A stretch of DNA of 64,000 bases from the human T2T-CHM13v2.0 reference genome, Homo sapiens: the NCBI RefSeq assembly GCF_009914755.1, contig NC_060946.1, one strand, 5' to 3'. Shown here piece after piece: positions 23,549 to 35,500 of this stretch. Numbering within the stretch: position 1 is the first letter of the stretch; every line of letters begins with the position of its first letter. The position numbers and the translations under genes are program-made. The notes beneath the pieces were generated by a model, which was given only the letters and a program-made list of their open reading frames with translations, ran no database searches and had not been told where the DNA came from.

Positions 23549-26500
23549 GAAAGGAGTGGAAAGGAACGGATTTAGAATGTAATAGAGACGAGTGGATAAG
23601 GTGGGCCTGGAGTGGAGTGGACTGGAGTGGAAAGAGTCGTTTAGACTGATGGAATGGAATGGAATGGAATGGAGTGGAGTGGAATGGAGTGGAGTGGGGT
23701 TGAGTGGAATGGAACGGAGTGGAATGAAGTGGAATGGAATAGAATGGAATTGAAATGGAATGGAATGGAATGGAATGGAATGGAATGGAATGGAGTGGAG
23801 TGGATTGAAAAGGAAAGGAATGGAAGGGAATGGAATAGAATGAAATGGAGTGAAATGGAATGGAATGGAATGGAGAGGAATGGAGTGGAGTGGAGTGGAG
23901 GGAATGGAGTGGAATAGAGTGGAGGGGAGTGGAGTGGAGTGGAGGGAATGGAGTGGAATAGAGTGGAGGGGAGTGGAGTGGAGTGAAATGGAATGGAATG
24001 GAATGGAATGGAATAGAATGGAATGGAGTGGAATGAAATGCAATGGAATGGAAAGGAAAGAAGTGGAGTGGAGTGGAATGGAGAGGAATAGAGTGGAGTT
24101 TAGTGGAGTGGAGTGGAATTGAATGCAGTGGAGTGGAATGGAATGGAATGGAAGGAGAGGAGTGAAGTGGAGTGGAGTGGAATGGCATTCAATGGAATAG
24201 AATCGAATAGAATGGAATGGAGAGGAGGGGAGTGGAGTGGAATGCAATGGAGTGGAATGTAGTGGAGTGGAGTGTATTGGAATGGAATATAGTGGAATGG
24301 ATTGGAAAGGAGTGGAATGGAATGGAATGGAATGGAATGAAATGGAATGGAATGGATTGGAATGGAGTGGAGTGGAGTGGAATGGAATTGAGTGGAGTGG
24401 AAGATAACGGAATTCAATGGAATGGAATGCTTTGATGTGGAGTGGAGTCGGGTCGAGAGCAAAGGAATGGAAATGAGTGGAGTGGAAGGAAATGGAATTT
24501 AATGGAATGGAATGGAGTAGAGTGGAAAGGAATGGAATAGAATGGAGTGGAGTGGAGTGGAGTGGAGTGGAATGGAACTGAGTGGATTTGAAAGGAATAT
24601 AATGGAATGGAATGCAATGGAATGGAATGGAGTGAGGTGGAGAGGAGCTGAAGGGGGTCGAGTGGAATGGAATTGAAGAGAATGGAATGCTATGGAGTGG
24701 AGAGGAGTGGAAAGGAATGCAATGGAATAGAATAGAATGGAATGGATTCGAATGGAATGGAGTGAAATGGAATGGCATGGAATGGAGTAGAATTGAAAGA
24801 AGTGGAATGGAATGGAGTGGAATGCAGTGGAGTGGCTTGAAATACAATGGAGTGGAACGGAGTGAAGTGGAATGGAATGGAATGGAATGGATTGTAGTGG
24901 AATGCAATGGAATGGAATGCTATGGAGTGGAATGGAATGGAATAGAATGAAATGGAATGGAATGGAAAGGAATGAAATTCAACTGAGTGGAGTGGAATGT
25001 ATTGGAGTGGAGTGGAATGAAGTGGATTGGAATGTAGTGGAGTAGAATGGAATGCAATGGAATGGAAGGAAATGTAAAGGAATTGAATGGAATGGAATGG
25101 AGTTTAAAGGAATGGAATGGAATGGACTGGAGTGGAATTGAATTGAGTGGAATGGAACGGACAGGATTGGATAGGAATTGAGTGGACTGGAGTTGAATAG
25201 AGTATAATGGAATGAAGTAGAATTGTATGGAGGGGAATAGCATAGAATGGAGTGGAATGGAATGTGGTGGACTGGAATGGAATGAAATGCATTGGAATGG
25301 AGTGTAATGGAGTGGAGTGCAGTGGAGTTGAATGGAATGGAATGAGTGGAGTGGAAAGGAGAGGAGTGGATTGGAGTGGAGTGGAATGGAATGGAATGTA
25401 GAAGAGTGGAGTGTAATGGAATAGAGTAGAGAGGAGTGGAGTGGAATGGAATTGAACACAATGGAATGGAGTGGAGTGGAATGGAGTGGAATAAAGTGGA
25501 ATTGAGTGAAGTGGAATGCAATGCAGTGGAGTGCAATGGATTGAAGTGGAGTGCAACAGAATGGAATGGAATGGATTGGAGTGGAATGGAAGGGAATGGA
25601 ATGGAATGGAATGGAATGTAGTGGAATTTAATGGAGTGCAGAGGAATGGATTGGAATGGAATGGAATGGAGTGGAAAGGATGGGAGGGGAGGGCGGTGTA
25701 ATCGAATGGATTGGGGTCAAATGGAGTGGAGTAGAGTTCAATGGAGTGGAGTGGAGTGGAATGGAGTTGAATGGAATGGAGTGGAGTTGTAAGGAGTGGA
25801 ATGGCATTGAATGGAGTGGAATGGAGTGGAGTGGAATTAAAAGTATTGGAGTGTAATGGAATGGAGTGTACAGGAATGTAATGTAAAGGAATGGAATGGA
25901 ATGGAATGGAATGGAGTTGGAATGAAATGGAATTGGGTGGAATGGAATGTAAAGGAGTAGAGTGGAGTGGAATGGAAAGGAATAGAGTGGAATGGAGTGG
26001 AATGGAGTGGAGTGGAGTGGAAAGGAAGGGAACGAAATGGAATGCAATGAAGAAGGGTGGAGTGGAGTGCAGTGGAAAGGAATGGAATGAAGTGGAATGC
26101 AATGAAGAAGGGTGGAGTGAAGTGGAGTGGAGTGGAATGAAATGGAATGGAATGGAATAGAGCGGAGGACAGTGGAATGGAGAGGAATGGAATGGACTGG
26201 AATGGAGTGTAAAGTAGTGGAGTGGAGTCAATGGAATAGAATGGAAAGGAATGGAATGGAGTGGAATGGAATGGAATGGAAAGGAGTGGAGTTGAATGAG
26301 TGTAGCGGAATGGAGTGGAATGTAAGGGAGTGGAATGTACTGGAGTGGAATGGAATGGAGTGGAGTTGAATGGAGTGCAGTGGAATGGAATGGAATGGAA
26401 TAGAGAGGAATGGAATGTAGTGGAGTAGAAAAAAATGTAGTGGGGTGGAGTGGAATGCAATGGAATGTAATGGAGAGTAATAGAATGGAGTACAGTGGAA

Positions 26501-29500
26501 AAAATGCAGTTCAGTAGAATGGAATGCAACGGACTGGAATGGAATGGAGTGGAGTGGAGGGGATTGGAGGGTACTCCAGTGGTCTCCAATGGAGTGGAGA
26601 GAACGGTATTGAGTGTTTTGGAATGCAGTGGAATGGCAAGCAGTGGAATGGAATGGAATGGAGAGGAATTGAGTGGAATGGAATGCAATGGAATGGAGTG
26701 GAATGGAATGGAATGGAATGGAGTGGAATGCAGTGTAATGGCGTGGAGTGGATTGGAATGGAATGTAATGGAGTGGAGTCAAATGGAGAAGAATGGAGTG
26801 AATTGGAGTGGAGTGCATTGGAATGGAGTGGAATGGAATGCAAAAGAATGCAATGGAATGCAAGGAATGGATTGGAGCGGAGTGGAATAGAATAGAGTGA
26901 AGTGGAATGGAGTGGATTGGAGTGGAATGGAGTGGACTGGAGTGGAGTTAAATGGAAAGGAATGGAATGGAACAGAATGAAATGGAATGGAATGGAGGTG
27001 GAATGGAAAGGAATTGGGTGGAATGGAATAGAATGGATTAGAGTGGAGTGGAATGGAATGGAATAGAGTGGAATGGAGTGTAATGGAGTACAGGTGAGTG
27101 GAATGGAAAGGAATGGAATGGAGTGGAATGCAATGAAGAAGGGCGGAGTGGAGAGGAGTGGAGTGGATTGAAATGGAATGGAATGGAGTAGAGAGGAGTG
27201 GAGGGAAATAGAATGAAATGGAAAGGAATGGAATGTAGTGGAATGGATTGGATTGGAGTGGAGTGATATGGAATGGAGTGGAATGGAGTTGAATTGAGTG
27301 GAGTGGAATGGAATGGAGGGGAGAGGAATGTAGTAGAATGAAATGGAATGAAGTGGAATGGATTTTAATGGAGTGGATTGTAATGGGGTGGAATGAATAG
27401 GAATGGATTTGAGTGTTGTGGAATGGAATGGAGTGGAATGGAATGGAACAGAGTAGAATGGAGGGGAATGTACTGGAGTCCACAGGAATGGAATGGAGTA
27501 GAGTTGAATGGAATGGAATGGAATTGCATGGAGTGGAGTCTTGTGAAGAGGAATGGAACGGAGTGGAGTTGAGTGGAATGGAATGGAGTGGAATGGCGAG
27601 CAGTGGAATAGAATGAAGTGCAGTGGTATGTAATGGAGTGGAATGGAATGGAATGGAATGGAATAGAATGAAATGGAATGCAAAGGAGTGGAACGGTATG
27701 GAATGGAATGGAATGCAATGTGGTGGAATACAATGGAATGGAATGGAATGGAACGGAATGGCATGGAAGAGAATGGAATGGATTGGAGAGGGCTGGACTG
27801 GACTTGAGTGGAATGGAGTGGAATCCAGTGGAAAGGAGTGGTGTGGAATGGAATAGAGAGGAGTGGAATGGAGTGGAATGGAAAGCAGTGGAATTGAATG
27901 ATGTGAAGCAGAATGTAATGGAGTAGAAAGGAATGGAATTATATGAAGTGTTTCGGAATGTAGAGGAGTGGAATGGAGTGAAGTGGATTGGAATAGAATG
28001 GAATGGAATGGAATGGAATGGAATGGAATGGAGTGGAGTGGAACTGAATGTGGTGGAGTGGAATGGAGTGGAATAGAATGGAGTGGAATAGAATGGAATG
28101 AAAAGAAATGGAATGAAATGGAGTGGAATTGAGTGGAGTGGAGTGGAATGGAATGGTATGGAAAGGAATGGAATGGAGTGGAATGGAGTGAAATGGATTT
28201 GGAGTGGACTGGAGTGGAATGGAATGGATTGAAGTGAAATGAAATGGAGTGGAGTGGAGTGGAGTGGAATGGATTGGAGTGGAGTGCAGTGAAATGGCAT
28301 GGAATGGAGTGGAATGAAGTGGAGTGGAATGGAACGGAGTGGAGTGGAGTGGAATGGAATGGAATGGAATGGAGTGGAGTGGAATGGAATGGAGTGGAAT
28401 ATAGTGGATGAGAGTGGAGTGAAATGGAATGGAGTGGAGTAGAACGGAATGGAGTGGAATGGAATGGAATAGAATGGAGGGCCGTGATATGGATTGGAGT
28501 GGAATTGTGGGGAGTGGAATGGAGTGTAATGGAATGTAATTGAATAGAATAGAATGTAATGCAATGGAGAGGAATGGACTGGAATGGAGTGTAATGGGAT
28601 GGGATGGAATGGATTAGAATGGAATGCAGAGGAGTGGTTTGGAATGGATTGGAGTGGAATGGAATGGAACAGAGTGAAATGGATAGGAGTGGAGTGGAGT
28701 GGAGTGGTAGGGAATGCAGTGCAATGGAATGGAACGGAGTAGAATGGAGTGTAATGTTGCGGAACGGAGTGGACTGTACAGGAATGGAAGGGAGTGGAGT
28801 GCAATGGAATGGAATGGTGTGGAATGGAATGGAAAGGAACGGAACGGAAAGGAGTGGAGTCGATTGAAGGGGAGTGGAGTGGAGTGGCATTCAGTGGAAT
28901 GGAATGGAGTGTAATGGAGAGCAGTGGAATGGAATGAAGTGCAGTGCAATGGAATGGAATGGAACAGAATGCTATGGAGTTGAATGAAATGGCATTCAAT
29001 GGAATGGCATGGAAGAGAATTGAATGGGGTGGAGTGGGGTGGAGTGGGCTGGAGTGGAGTGGAGTGGAATGGAGTGGAATCCAGGGGAAAGAATTGGTGT
29101 GGAATGTAATGGAGTGTAATGGAGTGGAATGGAGTGGAGTGGAATGCAATGGAATGGAGTGGAATGGAATGGAGTGTAGTGGAGTGGAGTGGAGTGGAGT
29201 GGATAGGAATGGATTGGAATGGAATGGAATGGAATGGAATGGAGTGGAGTTGTGGGGAATAGAATGGAGTGCAGTGGAATGGAATGGAATGGAGTGGAAT
29301 GGAATGGAGTGAAGTGTAATGGATGTTAACAGAGTGTACTGTATTTGATTCGAGTGTGGTCGCATGGAGTGTAGTGGAATGGAATGGATTGGAATGCAAT
29401 GGAGTGGAGTGTAATGGAATGGAATGGTGTGGAAAGGAATGCAGTGGAATGGAGTGTAATGGAATGAAATGGAGTGGAATGGAATGGAATTGGGTACAGT

Positions 29501-32500
29501 AAATGGAGTGGAGTGGATTGGAGTGGAACAGAATGTAATCAAACTTAATAGATGGAATGGAGTGGATTGGTGTGCAATGGAATGGAGTTGAGTGGAATTG
29601 AATGGCTTGGAATGGAATGGAATGGAGTGGGTTGAAATGGAATGGATTGGAGTGGAACAGAGAGGAGTTTTATGTAATGGAGTGAGGTGGAGTGTAATGG
29701 AATGAAATGGAGAAGAGTTGAACGGAATTTTGTGAATTGGAATGGAATGTATTGGAATGGAGTAGAATGCTGTGGAGTGGAGCAGACTGGAGTGGAGTTG
29801 AGTGAGGTGTATTGGAATGTAAGGGAGTGGAATAAAGAGCAATGGAATGGAATGTAGTGGAGCAGAATGGAATGGAGTGGACAGGATGGGAATGGAATGG
29901 AATGTAGTGGATGGGAATGGAATGGAATGTAGTGGAGGGGAATGGAATGGAGTGGAATGGAATAGGGTGGATTGGAACGGAATTGAATGGAAAGGAACGG
30001 AAAGAGTGGAATGGAGTGGAGTGGAGTGGAATGGAATGGAGTGGAGTGGAAGGGAATGGAGTGGAGTGGAATGGAATTGAGTGGACTGGAGTGGATTCTA
30101 GTGGAGTGGAATGGAGTGGAGTTGAGTGGAATGGAGTGGGGTGGAGTGGAATGGATTGGACTGGAATGGAATGGCATAAAGTGGCATGGAATGGAATGGA
30201 ATGGAGGGGAAAGGAATGGATTGGAACGGATTGGAATGGAGGGGAAAGGAGAGGAGTGGAGTGTAATGGAGTGCAATGGAATGGAGTGGAGTGGAAAGGA
30301 GTGGAGTGAGGTGGAGTGGAATGGATTGGAGTGAGGTAGAGTGGAATGGAGAGGATTTGATTGGAGAGGAATGGAATAGAGTTGAATGGAGAGCATTGGA
30401 ATGGAATGGGGTTGAGTGGAATGGAATGGAGTGGAATAGAATGGAATCGAGTGAAGTGGATTGGAATAGAGTGGAGTGGAATGGAGTGGTGTGTAGTGAA
30501 ATGGAATTGAATGGAATAGAATGGATTCAAAAAGAGTGGAATGGAATGCAATGGATGGGAATAGAATGGAGAGGAGTGGAATGGAATGGAATGGAATGGA
30601 ATGGAATGGAATGGAATGGAGGGGAGTGGAATGGAATGGAATGGAGGGGAATGGAATGGAATGGAATGGATTGGAGTGGAGTCCAAAAAAATGGAGTGGA
30701 ATGGAATTGAATGGAGAGGAATGGAATGAAGTGGAGTGGAGCGGAGTTTAATGGATTTTAACGGAATGGAATGGAATAGAATGGAGTGGAATGGCATTGA
30801 ATGGAACGGAATGAAACCGAAAGAAATGGAATGGAATGGAATGGAGTGGAATATAGTGGAGTGGAATGGAGGGGAATGGAGTGGAGACGAGAAGTGGAAT
30901 GGAATGGAGTGGAATGGAGTGGAGAGGAATGGAATCGAGTGGACTGGAGTGGAATGGAGTGCAATGGAGTAGAGTGGTGTGGAATAGACTGGAAGGGAGT
31001 GGAGTGGAGTGGAATGGTGCGTAGTTCAAATGGAAAGAAGGGGAGTGGAATGGAATTGAGGGGAGTGGATTGGAATAGAGTGGAGTGAAGCAGAGTGGTA
31101 TGGAATCGAATGTAATGGAGTGGAATGGAATGGAATGCAATTGAGTGGAGTAATGTGGAATGGAGTGGAGTAGAGTGGAATGTAATGGATTGGAATAGAA
31201 TGGAATGGAATTGAATGGAGTGGAGAGGAATAGAATGAAAGGGAATTGAATGGAGGGGAGTGGAATGGATTAGAGTGGAGGTGAGTGGAGTGGAGTGTAG
31301 TGGAAAGGAGTGGGTGGAGGGAAGTTGAGTATAGTGGATTGGAATGAAATGGAGTGGATAGGAATGGAGTGGAGTGGAATAGATTTGGGTACAATAGAGT
31401 AGAGTGGTGTAGAATGAGGTGGAGTGGAATGGAATGGAGTGGAGTAAAACAGAATGGAGTGAAGTGGAATGGAAAGGAATGGAGTGGATTGTAGTGGAAT
31501 GGATTGGAGAGGAATGGAGTGGAGTTTAGTGGAATGGAGTGGAGTGGATTGGAGTGGAGTGGAGAGGAATGGAATAAGGGGAATGGAGGGTAAACAGTGT
31601 TGTGGAATAGAATGGAGTGGAATGGAATGGAGTGGAGTGGAATGGAGTGAAGGGAAGTGGAATGGAGTTGAGAGGAATAGAGTGGAATGGAATGGAGTAG
31701 AATGGAATGGAAAGGAATTGAATGGAATGGAATAGAGTGGAGTGGAATAGAATGGAGTGGCATGGAATGCAATAGAATTTAATGGAGTGGATTAGATTGG
31801 ATTGTAAAGGAGTGCTCTGGAATGGCATGGAGTGGAGTAAAACTCAATGGAGTCGAGTGTAATGGAATGGAATGGAATGGATTGGAGAGGAATGGATTTT
31901 AGTGGAATCGAATGGAATCGAAAGAAGTGAAGTGGAATAGAGTGGATTGGAAAGAATTGTAGTGGAGTAGAATGCAATGGAATTTAGTGGAATTGAATGA
32001 AAAAATTGGAATACAATCGAGTGGAGTGGAATAAAAGGGAGTGGAATGGAACGGAGTGGAGTGGAGTGGAGTAGAGTGAAATGGAATGGAATGGAATGGA
32101 ATGGAGTGTAGTGGAATGGAATGGAATTGAATGGAAGGGAATGGAATGAAATGGAATGCGGTGGAGTGGACAGAAGTGGAATGGAATGGAGTGGAATGGA
32201 ATGCAATAGAATTGACTGGAGTGGAGTGGTGTGCAGTGGAATGGAATGGAGACTAATGGAATGGAGTGTAGTGAAGTGGGGTGGAGTGGAGTGGATAGGA
32301 GTGGAAGGGAATGGAGTTTACTGGAAAAGAATGGAATGTAATGGAGTGGAATAGAATTGAACGGAGTGGAGTTGAGTGAAGTGGAGTGGAGAGGAATTCA
32401 GTGGAATGGAATGTAATGGAGTGGTATGGAGTGGAAAGGAGAACATTGGTGTGAAATAGAATGGAGTGTAGTCGAAAGGAATGGGCAGAAATGGAAAGGA

Positions 32501-35500
32501 ATGGAGTGGAATGGATTAGAAAGAAATGTAATGGAGTGAAATGGAATGCAATGAAATAGAATGGAATGGAATGCAGTGTAGTGGAGAGGAGTCGAGTGGG
32601 GTAGAGTGGATTGGAGTGCAATGGAGTGGAGGGGAGTGGAATACAGAAGAGTGGAATGGATTGGAATGCAGTGGAGTGAAGTGGAGTCAAGAGGGATGGA
32701 GTGGAGTGGAGAGGAATGGAATGCAATGAAGTGGACTGGAGAGCTGAGGAACTGAATGGAGTGGAGTGGAAGGGAATGTAATGGAATGGAGTGGAATGGA
32801 ATGGAATGGAGTAGAGTGGACCAGAGTGGAGTGGTGTGGAGTGGAGTGTAATGGAATGGTGAGGAATGGAGTGGAATGGAGCGGAGTGGAATGGAATGGA
32901 GTGGATAGGAGTGGACTGGAGTGGAATGGAATGTAATGGAGTAAAATGGAGTGGAATGGAATGAAAAGAAAGGTAGAGGATTTGAGTGGAATGGAGTGGA
33001 GTGCAATGGAGTGGCATGGAATGGAATGGAATGGAATGGAATGGAATGGAATGGAATGGAGTGGTGTGGAAAGGAATGGAATGGAATGGAGTGGTGTGGA
33101 ATGGAATGTAGTATAGTGGAGTGGAGTGCAATGGAATGGAGTGGATTGGAGTGGAATGGAGTGGCGTGGAGTTGAGTGGGGTTAAGGGCTCTGGAATAGA
33201 ATGGAGTGGAGTGGAGGTTAATGGAGTGCAGTGGAATGGAGTGAAGTGGAAGGGAAACGGGTGAAATGGAATGGAAAGGAGTGCAATGGAATGGAATGGA
33301 ATGGAATGCCATGGAAAGGAATGGAATGGAGTAGAATGGAGTGAACGGAACGGAGTGTAGAGGAATGAAACGGAGTTGAGTGGAATGGATTGGAATGGAG
33401 TGTAGGAGAGCGTGGTGGAGTGGAGTGGAGTTCAATGGAGTGGAATGGAGAGCAATGGAGTGTAATGCAGTTGAATGGAGTCCAGTGGAGTGCAGTGCAT
33501 TGGAGTGGAGTGGAATATGATGGACTGGAGTAGGAAGGAATGGAGAGTAATGGAATGGAATGAAATGGGGTGGAATTGAATGGAATGAAATGGAATGGAA
33601 CGGAACAGAAAGGAATGGAATGGAGACGAATAGATTAGAAACGACTGCAGTGGAAAGGAACAGAGTGGATTGGCGTAGAGTGGAGTGTAATGGATTGCAT
33701 TGCAATGGAATGGAGTGGACTTGAAGGGAACTGAGTGGAGTGGAGTGGAATTGAGTGGTTCCGAATGGAATGGAATAGAATGGAATGGAATGGAATGAAA
33801 TGGAGTCGAATGGAATGGAATGGAGTGGAATGGAATGGAGTGGAATGGAGTAGAGTGGAATGGAATGGAGTGGAGTAGAATGGAATGGATGGAGTGGAGT
33901 GGAATGGGAAGGAGTAGAATGGAATGGATGGAGTGGAGTGGAATGTGAAGGAGTGGAGTGGGGTGGAAAGGAGTGGAATGGAATGGAGTGGAGTGAAATA
34001 GAATGGAGGGGGAAGGAATGCAATGGAGTAGAGTGGAATGGAATGGATTGGAGTGGAATGGAATGGAGTGGAGTGGCATGGAATGGATTGGAATGGCATA
34101 GAACGGAGTAGAATGAAATGGAAAGGAATGGAGTGGGTGGGAACGGAGTGGAGTGGAATGCAGTGGACTGGACTGGAATGGAGTGGAGTGAAATGGATTG
34201 GAATGTAATGTTGTGGAATGGAATGGACTGGAATGGAGTGGAATGGAACACAGTGAAATGGAGTGGAATGGAGTAAAACGGAATGGAGTAGAGTGAAAGG
34301 GAATAGAGTGTCATGCAATGGAATCGAATGGAGTGGAGTGGAAAGACGTGGAGTGTAATGGACTGGAGTGGAGTGGAATGGAATGGAGTGGAATGGATTT
34401 GAATGGAGTGGAGTGGAATGGAGTGGAGCGGAATGCAATGAAATTTATTGGAAACGAATTGAGTGGAGTGGAATAAAATGGAGTGGAGTGGAATGGAATG
34501 GAATGGAGTGGAATGGAATGGAGTGGATTGGAATGCAATGGAATGGAATGGAATGGAGTCGAATACATTTGAATGGAATGGAATGGAATGAAATGGAATG
34601 CAGTGCAGTGGACTGTACTGGAATGGAAAGGAGCGGAAGGGAATGGATTTGAATAGAGTGGAGTGCAATAGGGTGATTTGGAACGGAGTAGAGTTGAGTG
34701 GAATGGAATGGAGTGGAGTTGAGGTGAGTGGAGTGGAGTACAATGGAATGGAGTGGAGGGAATGGATTGGAGTGGAATAGAACGGGGTGAAATAGAATGG
34801 AATGGAGTGGAATAGGGTGGAATGAATTGGAGTGGAGTGGAACGGAATGTAGTGGAGTGGAAAAGAATGTAATGGTATGTAGTGCAATTGAATGGAATGG
34901 AGTTGCGTTGAGAGGTGCGGAGCGGAGAAAAGTTTAGTGGAATGGAGTGGAATGGAATGGAGTGCAACGGATTGGAGTGGAATGGAATGGTGTAGAGTAA
35001 AAAGGAGTGGTGTGGAGTGGAAAGGAATGGAGTGGAATGGAATGGAATGGATTGTAGTGGAATGGAGTGGAGTGGAATGGGGTGGAATGGAAAGGAGTGG
35101 ACTGCAGTGGTATGGAATTCAATGTAATGGATTTCAATGGATTGGAGTGGAATCCACAGGAGTGTTGGGGGATGTAATGTAGTGGATTGGAGATGAAAGC
35201 AGTTGAGAGGAGTGTAACGGAATGGAGTGGAGTGGAATAGAATGGAGTGGAATGGAATGGAATGGAATGGAATGGAATGAAATGGAAAGGAATAGAATGA
35301 AGTGGAACGGATATAAACGGTGTGGAATGGAATGGAGTTGGTAGGAATAAAATGGATTGAAGTGGAATGGAATGTAGTGGAATGGAATAGATAGGACTAG
35401 AGTGGAATAGAGAGCAATAGAATGGTGCGGAATGGAATGGAATGAAATGAAATGGAGTGGAATGGAATTGCTTGGAATGGAATGGAAAGAAATGGAATGG

